A stretch of DNA of 64,000 bases from Bigelowiella natans CCMP2755 (GCA_000320545.1 ADNK01002970.1:34466-98465), one strand, 5' to 3'. Shown: positions 49,699 through 63,666, counted from the stretch's first letter. Program-made: numbers and translations. The notes: generated by a model from the letters alone, not told the origin.

Positions 49699-51213
49699 TG
49701 CACAGTGCGCACGAACCAATGCAAGAGCGCTGGAGCGTGAGAATGAGAACTGATGGATGCGTTTGATGTCGTGCTGTCAAGGCAAGCTAGCAAGAGACAC
49801 ATGCGACATGCTTGCATGTGCTTGCAAACTTGGTCTCTTGCTTGAACCATTGACAGCAGCATTGACAGCAGCATTGACAGCAGTTCAGGCATTGCCAGAT
49901 TGGGCAGGCTGCGTGCGTTGTGTGTGCACAGCACGCGAGAATGGTGGGAGGAACAAACGAAGACCTCAGGGGTGCACGCAACGGTTTGAAACGGTGACGG
50001 TGCAACCAGAGCAAGCTAGCAAGCACCAAAACACCAATCGTGGCAAGAGCGCACCGTGCGCCACGAGTTCAGACCAACGCAATGAGTTGCATCGACGTGC
50101 AATTTGGCAATTCTGGAACTGGCTTTGTGACCGAGACGCTGTTGCCTCTGCACCACGAAACTGTCAAAACGAATTGCCACGTGGTCCACGTTGCTTGCTA
50201 GCTTGGCTGGAAACCAAAAACGTTGCCTGCCTTTTCAACGGGTGGGTTGCAATGCTCCTGTCGTTCTAATCGCTTCAAGGTTCAAAGTTCAAGATTTTCG
50301 TTCATTGCTCTTTCTGAACCAACGAATGAATGAACGCCATGTGAGTTCAGGTGGAAATCTCCAATCTTTCCCTGATTTCCCATAACTTCTTTGAACATTG
50401 AACATTGAACATTGAACTTCACATTGTTGCAAAAATGCCCTTGACACTGACTTGTGTTCCGAGACCTCATCTGAAAAGAAAGTTGGATCATGACCCAGAA
50501 TCGAAGATTACTCTTTAGAGAGAGCTTTTCTTCTTCGGCTCCTTCCTTTTGATGCATGTACCAGTTGTTAGTTGCTGTCTATACTTTGGCTTAGTGCACA
50601 CATGCACTTAGTGCTCGATTGCGTCATCTGCTTCCTTTGCTTCGTATTCGTACAGTGCATCATTTGTTCATCATTTGGATGAATTTCATCAGTATTTGAA
50701 AATAATCGGCTGCATTTCGCCATTCAGTTAATGTTTAAAAGCACTTTTTTCGTGCTCCAAGTTCTTTAATCAAGAACTTTGCCGATTGAAAATTCTGGTC
50801 ATTTCCGAGCAAAGGATACAATGATTTTTTGGATTACGTCAACATCACATTCGTTGTCTTTTGCGTAAAATCGTACTTGTCCTAGATGGCGATGTGCCAA
50901 AAATAGAAAAAACTGAATCTAAGTTCGGATCATCCGTATCCGGCAGCATGCAAATGCTAGTTATTAGTACGAACAAGCGCTAGCTGTCAACGGTCGCTTG
51001 AATCGCAGAATTTGAGAGGAAAATGAGCGTACTGCCTACGCCATTGAACAGTGCTTCTCTGTTGAACTTAAATGGTGGAATCCTCACAATAAGGCAAATG
51101 CACAACACCACAATGAAATGCTAATTCTTATTCGTCCTCCAGAGATGCATGAGTGATATTCTTTTTTTCTAACAAAGAAATGTCTTTTTTTAAAATCTTC
51201 ATTTGGATTTCCT

Positions 51214-53338
51214 ATGAAGGTGAAGGGAAAGGCAGAGGGTCGAATGAGGAAGAGGAGAAAGGGGAGTCCCCCTGAAGTTCATTTTGAGGATGATAGATCT
51301 AAGATGCGGAAAAAAGGTGTTTTGCAGTCTGATACCCGAATAACACAAATCGTGAAGACTGCTGGAGATACAATGGCATTTGAGGCCTCTTCCAGCTCCC
51401 AAACCCAGGCGCCCGGTGCATTGGAGAGTAACAAATTTAAAACTCGATCTGTGAAGCAATTCATTTCAACTCCAAGAGGCATTCTAACCTCATCGGTTTC
51501 TTTCCCTGAACAAGGCCAAAGTTCCTCCAGTCATCATCTGGATGTAGAGCCCCTTTTCAGAAGGATGACACCCGAGATCAGACGGGATAGTATAATTCCA
51601 GAGCTTTCACGAAATACTCTTCATAGCAACGAAGGTGGAAACACATACTCCTTGGAACAATCACAATCTCTGTACGCAAGGGTTACTACAAAGAGTGAAC
51701 ACCCCATATATTCATCGATTGGTGGACCCCCTTTAGGCTCACATGTACCATCATCAGTGACTACACCTAAACCAATACAAGAAAGATTTGCATTGCAACC
51801 AATAACGCAAGAAAAAGCTGAAATATGGACAAAAGCTAGGGAACCGGCTAATGAGATACAGCCTCAATCAACGAATCAATATCAAGGCTCCAAACAAGAG
51901 AGAGTCAAACCCTTTATATTTGACTCTGGAAAAGGGGAAGCAATCAGGGATACAAAGTTCTCTTTCCAAACAGATCTTATCACACCAACGCATGTTTCTT
52001 CATCGCAGCATGTCTCCAAAAATATTGCCCTTACATCCCAAGGATCGTCGGGTTTTGCTCCCAAAAATATATCTAGTGTGCTACCTTACACTCCAACTTC
52101 AGAAGTAGGAGAAGATCATTTATCAAGTAAGCTATAATCTGAGAGTAATAATATGGTTTCCATTTATTTCTGAACCCTCATCATTGTCCATGATATTTAA
52201 AAGTCATTTATGTCTACTATTCATCAAAGCGCAACAAACCTCGCTTCTCGAACAATATGACCCTCATCAGATTCCATTTGTGATATCAGAAAAGGTATGA
52301 CGTATAATACTTCAAAGATTCACGCATTTCTATTTTCATAAGATTTTATCGAAATAATCTATTATTTTTTTGCAGGAGCTTAGGGATGTTCACTCACCTC
52401 GAATTGAATTTCGGGCATTTGATTCACCTAAACCAGGCTTGTATGATCGGTTATCTGGGAGAGCATCCCATGTATTCGGACATCACTACTACCCAGCCTC
52501 TGATTCAAAGCTTAGGACCATCATAAGAGGGTTATTTCTCCTCAATTTAATGTCAATTTTAATACCAAAACATTGAACTTCTATTCATAATTTTTGTTTT
52601 CAATTTAGAGGTGATGTGCGAGGGTCAAATGACCCTTCCCAGAATATATTTCATAGTTATCACCCTCGACAAAGTATACTGTCTCTCCTTCCCATGACAC
52701 ATGAAGAGCAGCACTTCGAATCAAGGGAAAGGTATCCACAGATGGGGAGCAGGCAATTACAAAATATGTTCTCACGTACTCCTTCCAGGATTCCTCAGAG
52801 ACGGAATGAACCTATTCAATACACTCAAATGTCTCATTCAATACCTACAACCACTTTACCTAGAAATGCAAATATACCTGAAGATTCGGAGCACTACAGA
52901 CAAATCGAAGTTCTAGATCAAGGCAATCACATGAATTCCTATATTGCGCCAAGGTGATTTAATTTCTAAGCGTTACCTATCTTGGTTATTTGCAGACACC
53001 GGGAAAACTCAAAAAAAGTATCAATGTACCATATGTTCCAAAGTGTGCGGAGCTAGATCGAATATGATCGCTCATGTACGTATTCACACAGGTGTGTAAA
53101 CGTGTAAACAGTAGCGCTTATGTGTGGTCCGCGTGGGATTTGAATTGAATAATTGAATATCATCTAGATGATAAAATTTATTTCAGGAGTGAAACCTTTT
53201 GTGTGCAAGATTTGTGGCAAAGGATTTGCGCAGCATTCAAATTTGAAAAGGCATTACAAAGTGCACGGAAGAGAAGGGGAAGTGTGCATTGAAGAAAGTA
53301 GATTAAAATCAAGAGCATTTAAGGCTGGGAGGCAGTAG
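51214..53338 (+). CDS. C2H2 zinc-finger transcription factor (two C-terminal fingers)
   Basis: Low-complexity S/P/T exons, then YQCTICSKVCGARSNMIAHVRIHTG|VKPFVCKICGKGFAQHSNLKRHYKVH; stop TAG 53336-53338. The start may lie further upstream (~51023). Confidence 0.85.
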
Positions 53339-54977
53339 AAATTGGTTTTGCCTAGATACTTTACACTATAATGACATGTTATGGAATTTCTACTTGCGGT
53401 ACCTACGAATTACATCACCATAGAGAGAGCTGATCCTTAATCTTATTTTGTACAGTATTAAAAAATTAGATACATGTGAAATAAATTTAGCCATTTGTCG
53501 TTGTTTAATTGATAGTTGTTAATAAGTTACTTATTGAATCGAAAGACTAGCTAGTCAAGATTTTAAAGGCACTACAGCAAAAATTTCTAGTCATATGTCG
53601 GTGTTCAATTGATCCTTATTTCATTTATGTCAGTTATTTAATGAGAGGACTAGCGGTACAATTTTAATTGCCGTAAAATCAGGGTTAAGCTTCACATCAT
53701 CATCTCTCAGTGACTGCATTACGTTGACAATAATAAAAACGAATATGCGCCCACATTGGTCTCAACGTGATGCTAGGATTGCACGAAACAGTGCGGTTAC
53801 CCGTTCAACATGCATGCTGCGCATGCGCACTGGAATGATTGTTTGTAGAAAGTCAACGATCTGCGCAATGGGCATTGGGGCACGCTAGCATTGCTGGAAT
53901 CGGCTACATCTAGACATTTGATGCATGCACACAGCGCATTGGTTCCTTGACGTGTCTGTTAGTCCGCACACAATGGCACACGTGCGTGCACATCGCTAGA
54001 TCGGAACAGGCTAGCACTAGAGCAGGACATGTGTTCCACGGGGACTCATGTCGCATGCCATTGCGGCTGTCTAGTTGCACGTGCAATGCACATGTACCAT
54101 CTTGCCACACTTGTGCATGGCGCATGCATGCCAGCAGCTAGCATGGTTGGATGGTCTAGTGGTGCACAGCAGGACATTTGCGTGTAAATTGTTCAAAAAG
54201 GTGTCTTTTGAAAGGATTTTGAAGACCGACAACTTGACATTTGTGTGGCACTGTCTAGGCGTGTCTCTAGTGTCTCTTTGCTGCACATCAAGATGTCTAG
54301 ATGTGTCTAGACGTGATGATCATTGTGCAGGGGACTTGCTCTACTAGTCTAGTCTACTAGTAGTGCTTGTGTTCCTGTAGTTCATGTCCCAGCTACAGAT
54401 GATGCACGAACAGAATCAATCTGTCCAGCTGCCATGTGGATGCCCAGCTGCTACGTGGCATGGATGCTCACTAGCTCAGCATGCAAGTCTTAGTACAGGA
54501 CAGTCACCTGCAAGCTAGCTAGAGTACATCTAAACGTGCTTTGAAACATTCATCATTGATTTGGCATGTTGCACATGCTAGCATCGCATGTCATGACACA
54601 TCTAGCTATTAGACATGTGCGCGCCATAGTAACACACGCATGTGTGGACATTCTGACAGACATGCTAGCATGTATCAATGCTGGTACACGCTAGCATATG
54701 TGGAACTTTACTGCACATTCCACTGATGGGCACACACGTTGCCACCAGGCTGGAATCAGCTAGAACATATTAGCTTCCTTGCATGTGTCTATTCCTTTGA
54801 AATTGTACAATCGTCAGCACACTTGTTATTTCTCACTAATAATCATATCTATCTGCGGTAGCCGCAGCCTTAGCAAGCATGCTTCTATCAATGTAAAGAA
54901 TGAGATAAAGTCGTCGGAAGTTGCAACACCTTATGTGATTTAACTTTGTTGTTATTTTATAATTAATTTGCTGATAA

Positions 54978-57289
54978 TTAAAAGGTTTTCGGATCAGCTG
55001 GCGACTTCGATTTCATTCTTTTTGCTACTTCATTCATCCGTTGTTGTATCAAGGCAGCTATCTCAGCATGGCCGCCCTTCTTTGCCGCTTCTAAGGGTGT
55101 CCCTAATCTAGGATGCCGCATTGCAAATAGTGCTTGTTGCCGCTGCTGGTACTGAGTATCATCTGTTGCTGATGGTGATGATGTGCTATTTCTACTGCTA
55201 TTAAGAAGTAGAGAGACAATGTCCATGTGCCCCATGTAGGCTGCAATTGTTAGAGGCCCAGGGATCGCACCGCTATAGTTCCTCTCATCGTAGTGAACTC
55301 CTGAATTTGTCCGTTTTTTAATCAAAACCTCCATGATTTCCTTATTTCCCCTTTCTGCAGCGAACACCATGGCGCATGCTCCATTGGACAGACGGCTGTT
55401 TATATCAATATTGGCTTCATCTACGAGATATCTGACGAGTTCTGTGTGACCCTCAATCGTAGCCAAAATTAGGCCATTCATCCCTGAAGGGGTCTTTTGG
55501 TTTGGATTTTCTTCATGCTTTTCTATTAGTTCTTTGATTATCTCTTTGCTCCCTGTGTATATGTGGTTAACAGTTAGAAGAGACGTATGACATCGTTGTC
55601 AATCAATCAAAGAATAAAAGAATGATATTATTGGCAATGATATCAATTAATGCATCACTGAAGAAAAACGCTGTGACTACAAAATTATGATCGATATCGT
55701 GAATGGAAAATTATGATGATGATACCGAAAGACGCATATGTTGTATGACCATTTCTGTTAATAATTAGAGTAGAGTACCCCCTCGGCATGCAGCTAGGAA
55801 CGTTGAGATTCCATCCACAGCACAAGATGATGTATTGGCCCCATTCAGTAATAGTATCTTAAAGCAATCATAATTTCCCTGCCGTGCTGCTGCAAAGAGA
55901 GAGGTTGCCCTGGGTTTGCCATTTTTTTGCTCTATGTCAGCCCCATGACTCAATAACTCTCGGACACACTCTGTATTACCGGTTAGACTAGCAATATATA
56001 AGGGTGATACCATTCCAGGGGGTTGAGCAGAATTCGGATTTGCTCCGCTTTCCAGCAAAATTTTTACAATGTGATGATATCCCCTCTGTGAGCTTATGTG
56101 TAAAGCGGTGGCACCTTGTGTTGTGTAGAAGTCAACGCCCGCTCCATTCTCTATTGCATAAGACACTACATTGCTGTGGTTTTGTTGCGAAGCTATGTAG
56201 AGTATTGTTGAGTCTCCTTTGGTATGAACCTGATGTTGTTGATAAATTCATGTAGATGTATAACGCAGTAGTGAGAATATAAAGTCACAAAGCTACTCTA
56301 CTACTATACAGATCGATTAAACTACAAATATGTTTCTGCTGCATTACTACTAGTGATACACATACATTCAAAGAGGCTCCAAGGTCCTTATGTAGAAACA
56401 TAACCATATCCAGCATTCCATGCCTTGCAGCATGGTAAAGTGCAGTCCTCCCATCCTCATCACAACTCTCAAGAATTGACTCCCCGTGCTGATTTACGTA
56501 ATCTTTAACGGCAACTTTATCTCCTTCTAGCACCCTGGCTATCAACTCCATCTCTTTTCCTCCAATGCGAAGCTCATGTCTCAGCACGTAGTACATTGAG
56601 GAATCCTCACCGAAATCGTGAAGAATATTGCTGTTATTACCACTACTTGTGGTGTTGATATCGTCGTCAGATTTTGCAGCAGCAGCAGCAGATATAGTAG
56701 CTGGGGGAGGCGGCGTTGGTGAAGAGGAAACTGCTTGTGAATATACATCAGTAGATGGTGGTTTAACATCTATAACCTTAACCATTCCGGTGGAATTTTG
56801 ATGTATAACCCGCACTAATCGGGAAATGGCACCGTCTTTGACGAAGTATGCAAGTTCGCCTTCCTTTAATCGCAAATAATGAGGGGAATTACGATGGACA
56901 CCCTCTTCATCCTCAAGATAATCCATTCGTCCTCCCCGTCCTCTCCTCCGAACACTATTAACTATTAGACGAAGAGGTGATAGCGCTAGTCGGGCAATTT
57001 TGGTGCCGAAGAAGGGCACATTTCTCACAACTGCGGAACCACTGCTGTTGTTTCTACCTCCACCCCTTTCTTTCTCGTTGAAAATCCTCCCACCACGCAA
57101 TTTTTGAACGAAATGTATTAACTTTTCGTTTTTACACAATTTGTTATGGACATTACCACACTTTCGCAAGGAAGCGTGGGGACCATGCCCAATGTTGATA
57201 CAGCGATTTCTAATGTCTTCTTCCCCCACTGTGGCTACAATAACTACATGCAAGGAGAGTAATACAGTAACAGTGACACCCACTGACAT
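54978..57289 (-). CDS. Ankyrin-repeat protein with N-terminal signal peptide (3 exons)
   Basis: ORFs 56285..57289, 55765..56166 and 54978..55481 carry successive ankyrin repeats (GRTALYHAARHG, GATALHISSQRG, SPLYIASLTG, TPLEAAKKGG). Hydrophobic N-terminus, then a basic leader containing LRGG. Confidence 0.85.
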
Positions 57290-57757
57290 TTCCGTCAGCG
57301 GAAACTTGATCTTATATGAGAAAGACCAAAGCAGCAGATTTTCTTGTGAGAAAGATCAAAGCAGGAGAGGGGGGTAGTTAAGTATTTTTGAGACTGTTGT
57401 TGCAGAATGTTGCCTTCGTTAGACAGTTAAAAATAGGAAGTTTGACGGTCAAGGAGCGAACAACTGTGCATGAGCCAACTTTGCTTGGGTTGAGTCGAAA
57501 AAAGAGACTCTCTGGATGATCTCCAGAGGCTTTCCTTCTTGGAATTATTAGGGTTTGTGAAGTTAATAAATAATACTTCGGTAGGTCTACATGGGTATCG
57601 GTGTTTAATAATTTTAAATTTCTTGTAATTATTGTTGTCGTAAGGCATTTTTGCAGGTGATATAAGCTTATTTTGCAGACTACGACTACGACTACCATGT
57701 CGTAGACATCAACTCACTTCCGAGTTGTAGTGGGTGGACGACCCCTTATTAAACACC

Positions 57758-59177
57758 ATGAATAGTAGACTCCTCTATGACTTTCTTCTACTTTCCCTGC
57801 TCTCATGCAGTACCAAAGCCGCCGTAGAACCGAAAGCTTATTTGGTAGAGACCATTCCACAGCAGACAACAGGCCTTTTACCACTTGAGGGTGTAGAAAC
57901 CACAGCAGAGACGTTAATTAGGCTCGTTAAAGGTAATAATGTCAATTAGTGGTGAGTGAGTGAAGACTGCTTCCACTGCATGATGGGGTCCATCTATAAT
58001 ATACAATTTCACTATTCCAGCTATTATTCATCCTTTGTTGATCACATTCGTAATTGATACTCCTCGTTATCGATTGCATTGGTACATCAGGGACTCAGGA
58101 GAGCCTTGATTTCACAGCAATGTATTGGGCACTTACAACACAAGTAACACCTCCATGCAAGCCTGATGAATACTGTCCCGATGATGCTGGGTTCACTCGG
58201 GATCAATTCAATTATTTCGGAGCTCAAAAGTAACGTTGTTATACCCACATTTATATCCTTGCTTCACCCACCTCGTCATCATCGATCGTCGTTGTTATAC
58301 CCACATTTATCCTTGCTTCACCCACCTCGTCATCATCGATCGTCGCAGTAGTCTTGACTAATCTTCACCATCACCATCCTATGCTCTGTTTTTATCATCC
58401 TGAAATAGAGATATGCTACGATAAACATCCATTCGTATGATGCTTATTCCCTCCAAATGCAATAGCTCTAATTTTAAAATTCTACATTTCAAAAGAGGTC
58501 AGGAGCTTTACGAGGCCATCAGTGACGCAGCTGCTCGAGGAGTAAGTCACAAATGCTGCTGAAGGAAAATAATAGCGATGATCACACCTTCGTTGTTTTT
58601 CCCACGAAATTAAACTTAGGTCAAAATCCGCATAATTGAAGCTCCAGGGTAATTCTATTCATTTATTATTTTTCCATTCAAATATTACGCTTCTGCATTG
58701 TCCTCTAGTTATTAATTCTTTCTTTCTGCACACAGCTTCGATCCGCATGGAAATCCTGAATCAGGAGCCCTTGCGAAAAACTTTACAAACGTTGAGGTAT
58801 TTCAGTACCAGGAGAGCCTCTCTTAGACGAAGATATATTCTTCAAAATAGTGTTTCATTACATTTGAGACTACTCGATTTTGCAGCTGAGGCAAATCGTC
58901 ATGGAAGATTGGTATGCTGGAGGAATCATGCATCAAAAAGTAATTATATTATATATCAATATCTAATCCTTTTGTTCCCCAATCTAAATTTACTACTACT
59001 GCTTGGTTGTGGCGAGGAGTTTAACATTCTAAATTTTTTATATTTATACTTATTTCAGATCTGGATATTTGATAACAAACATGGGTAATAATAAATAATA
59101 ACTCATCCTCTATGTACAACTATAGTCTTAGAATAAGGACAAGATGAAGGGTTGGCAGAGAAATGTACAATAAATGA

Positions 59178-59215
<38 letters not shown>

Positions 59216-59280
59216 CATCGTCATCTTGGTTGCCATCCGAGTGGTAGTACTATAACTACAACAACTACTATTGCGAATAC

Positions 59281-59312
<32 letters not shown>

Positions 59313-60225
59313 TAATACCACAGATATATTGGGAGCGCAAACCAAGATTGGAAATCTCTCGCACAGTAAGTGAATAAGTGAAGAAGAATCGTATCACACT
59401 AACTACCACCATGAAGAAAAGTGTAGAACTTCTTTACTAATACAAATAGAGAGTATAAGTACTAATCTATTTTTTGTAACCAGAGTCAAAGAGCTGGGAA
59501 TTGCTTTCGAAAATGCAGCAGATGTGGTGAAAGTTCTTGAAGATCACTTCAACGTTTGGTAGGAACATCATGCAGAAAGAAGGCCCATAACTACTATTTC
59601 ACCTCATCCTTAATATTATTTAACGCATCATATTCACGAAAGAGTATGCTAGATAATATATGGCTATATTCTAAAAATGAATGAATCATAACAGCGAACA
59701 TTATTTCGTCGTTCAGAGGCTCGTTTTTTCTTTTTATACAAAGAGAACCAACAAGATCATTATTTTTTCAAAATATGCCATAGATCCTCCACAATAAAGT
59801 TGTCAAACTAATGTTTTTCCAAAAATAATGATGATACTGGTGATGATGATGATGATGATGTTATAAACAGGTGGAGTTTCGTAGATCTAGATTCTCATCA
59901 AGGAGGGGCTGTAGCAGCAGTCTTTGATAAGACTTATAGGATATCGAGGCAGGTGTGGAAGCAAGTGCAGATTACATGTGTATGAGATGTTGTTTATCAG
60001 TACTACTACCTACCTACCAATCAGGTCCCATGCTGGAGTGAGCTCAATCCTGATCCTTGCTTCAATCCATTGCAAGATGTATGTTGTCATGTTTGTATGT
60101 ATCCGTATGTATCCGTATGTATGTATCGATGTAGTTGCAATTTTTCAATTCTGATAATATTTTATACGATAATAGTCCCCTATGCCAAAAAGAGTATACA
60201 CAAGATTTTATAATGATACATACAC

Positions 60226-60266
<41 letters not shown>

Positions 60267-60476
60267 TATGACAACAACAACAATAACAATACCAACCACA
60301 ACAACAACGATGGCCTATTAGACATTATGATTGGGTAGAAGACCAGAAGTTCATCACACTGGAACTGCTGTGTATTATATCACATTAATATTTACCAAAC
60401 GTGCTTGTGCAATACAAATAATAATCAGGGATTTATGCTGTCACTTTAACATCAGTCATACCCACGTCGTCACTCT

Positions 60477-60526
<50 letters not shown>

Positions 60527-62043
60527 GTGTTGTGGTGTTTAAATAAGGTAATGCCAAACGATACTCAAGCGAATGCAGAAGCACCCAAATTTGTGCAACT
60601 GAATGGAAATGAGGTACTACTGCTACTACTACTACCACTACTACTCACAATTTAAGAAGAAGATTGGAAGAGAGTAGTAAATAGTAGTATTTTGATGATT
60701 AATTAATGTATTTATTTCTAGAGTGTATTCAGACCACTTTAATGATGTGTTTAGGGTTCCTTCTTCATGTCATGTTCCCCCCCAGAGGTAATAACACTAC
60801 TACTACTACTACTACTTATATTACTGCCATTGCTACTATTACTACTACTACTACTACTACTACCACCAGAACTCTTTTTGACTAGCCATACATATCTTCC
60901 TCTTCTTTTTCGTTTCATTTTCGTTTTATTATTTAGCTAACTAATAGCATCATGATCGTGTCTCTATCAAAGAAGTACACGTAGTCACTAACAGAAGTGC
61001 ATCATCATAAAATGGGCAGACTTGTATTACAAATCGTACAAAGGATGAAGATTCTCTTGTTCATACGATTTTCTCTGCCAAGTAAGTAAAGTCATTTTAA
61101 GCTGTTTTAACCCTGTTGTGTATGACTAGTGGTAGTAGTGGTAATAGTAGTGGTAGTAGTAGCTAGGAGTGTCTAATGCTTCTATTAAGCAGTTAAAACG
61201 ATAATACATAATCGTCGTTAATAATTCTAATTTAAAGGAAGCAAGTTTCAATATCTGTGATGGATTATGTCCCTTCAACATTATACTCCGACGTTCCTAT
61301 CTTCTGGAATGTGCTCAATGATGCTATTCTCAAGGTGGTGGTTGGATGGTTTACGTACAACGATTCTTTTGTGGCCATAATCATTAAAGAACGTTTTGAA
61401 GCCTTTTTGCAAAATATGTTGGGTGTTCTTAACCATTCCATCGTACATACACATATTATTTAATAAATATCTATATATTAAGAAGAAATTCAGTGCATAA
61501 TGCAACAGTACTTTCCTCGAGAGGAGATATTGGGAAGTAGTAGTTTGTTATACTATTATTCTGGATTATTTGGAACAATGTCCTCCATGCTTGTATGTGC
61601 TGATGCCGTTGCGACAATTGTGATAAACGTCGTTTGCTCTGTTAGATAATCAACTCTGTCCCTGGAATGCACGTTCGGCTGCTTGTCAGTAACTGGGCTC
61701 ACACCTCTCCATTAATGGTGTCATGTTGATGATGATGATTGCTTATTGCATACTCTGCTGTGCGATAGAAATCAAACCACGGTGGTGTTTTGACTACGCA
61801 GATGTCGTACTTGAGGAGCCTCCAACAAATGAGTAAAGTTTGTGCTTCAGATGAAGTAAGTCACCTTTCTTGTCGCGATGAAATGCTGATATTACGTTGA
61901 GTTCATCAATGCAGTGCTGCATCTTGTCGCGATGAAATGCTGATATTATGTTGAGTTCATCAATGCAGTGCTGCAACATTCGTTTTATTCATCTGAAATG
62001 TCTTGAGTTTCAGGCCATTACTCAGTATTTCAAACCTTAATAT

Positions 62044-62079
<36 letters not shown>

Positions 62080-62923
62080 CAATACTTTCGCAAAATCAAA
62101 CACCATTCATTGAACTACTTACCACAGAAGATTCACTTCACTATCATTAATGAATATCCTACTACTGGTAAACAGGATCATCCATGTAAAGGAACACTTG
62201 AAATAAGGTAATAGCTAAAAATAGAAAATAAAACGCATTATAATGCTTGACCTTAAACACAAAATCATAACGAGGTGGTTGGATGGTTAAGTTTACATGT
62301 GATATAATGATAAACGAACATGTTTTCGAGAAGAAACGTTGGATTGTTAAGATGTAATATGATATAAATGTAGAGAGTTCCAACTTTCTGGTTGGAATTC
62401 AACTGAAGATGCTTCCAGGCAATTTCCTGGTCACACTAGGTGGGTGGATAGATGAATCAACACTGATAATGTTTGTGTAAACGTATGCTAGTTGATCTGG
62501 TAAATGGCCAAAAAGATCAAACGACTCCTACGATATCCTCCACAGTCGATTTTTATTTTTACATGGAGAATAAAATCCCTGTTTCCTCCCCATGTGATTT
62601 CGTCTTGGTGTCATGTGTACCTCTCAATTTCCATCTCCATTCTTAGGGTAAACCATGGGAAATATATTGTCACGGACACTAGGGCAAACATTGGAACATC
62701 GAACATGGTAGGTTGGAAGCAGGGAGCCGTAGTTTGTAAGTTTCAGCACTTCTTGCCAAATTGTTCTGATGAGTATCTCGATTGACTGTAAATGTAGGTG
62801 TGGTCATATTTTCACAACACGGCTGGTGCAAGTTTCAACTTGAACCACACTGACCTAGTGCAATCTCTTCAACAAGTATTTGATCGCGATTGGAACTCGG
62901 AATATTCTATCCCATTGCATTAG
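57758..62923 (+). CDS. Phospholipase D3/PLD4-like (HKD) nuclease family protein
   Basis: Signal peptide, LVETIP, DAAARG|VKIRI, GGIMHQK|IWIFDNKH|GYIGSANQDWKSLAQ|VKELG, SISVMDY, VRLLVSNWAH, VNHGKYIVTDTRANIGTSNM|VWSYF, VFDRDWNS; stop TAG 62921-62923. Confidence 0.92.
58233..58346 (+). repeat. Intronic tandem duplication (~57 bp x2) just after a splice donor
   Basis: CGTTGTTATACCCACATTTAT...CATCATCGATCGT occurs twice. Confidence 0.85.
61868..61975 (+). repeat. Intronic tandem duplication (54 bp x2)
   Basis: TCTTGTCGCGATGAAATGCTGATATTA(C/T)GTTGAGTTCATCAATGCAGTGCTGCA occurs twice. Confidence 0.9.
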
Positions 62924-62929
62924 ATTGGC

Positions 62930-63666
62930 GATCGCTGACAGTGACCAAGTCCATCATTTTCTAGTTTTGTTGTTCACATCGTGGTTTCGTGCATGTTGCG
63001 TCTCTCCATTGTGCAACATAGTTTGACAATGACAATCGATGCACAGCATGCAATCCTTCACTCGCATTGTCGGTTAGGCAAGTCGCGAGCCAATGTTCGA
63101 TCATGTGATGGCGATGCATGATCATGCACTGTGTCGTGACAATGCTTACCGTTCATGCGCAGGCGTGTTTCTGCACATAGTCATCAAGTGTCAATGATGC
63201 AGTGCATCACTTGCAAAATGAATGCAAATGCAATTGTCAACATCGCGAGTGACTCCAATGCTCATTGAGCAAACGCAATCTCCCAAAGCACAAAACAAAA
63301 AAACATGCATTGCGGTGTCAATCATCTGCACCCAAGTTGTCCACTCTCAAATGCAATGCCTGCTAGACCAGATTTCATTCGTGTGAAATGACCGCAAAAT
63401 TCACGGTTTGGGGTCAAGGATCGGAGATTGAAAGTTTGATGTTCGGCATCAAGGGTTTTGAATCAGGATCACTGGCTGGGGTTGAAGTTGTAGATCACAA
63501 TTCAAAATCGACAGACCAAATCAATGGTTTAGGACATGAGTTTTTCGATTCAGTTTGAGGTCAGAATCAAGGTCAGGGTCATATTTTTCTCCTGGGCCAC
63601 GACCATAGTGACGACGAAAGTGACGGTCGAAACGAGAGTCAAAGTGAGGGAAAATGGTCACAAAAA
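62930..63666. other. Short TpA-depleted subtelomere with degenerate telomere-like hexamers
   Basis: The few TpA are almost all TAG/CTAG. GGTCAAGG, GGTCAG, GGTCAGGGTC and GTGAGGG occur at 63410-63660. Confidence 0.7.

Noticed and set aside
44379-49934. Short alternate-frame and antisense ORFs in the retrotransposon, including a possible env
   Set aside because: No signal/TM or known motifs; there is no room for env between the pol stop (49321) and the PPT.
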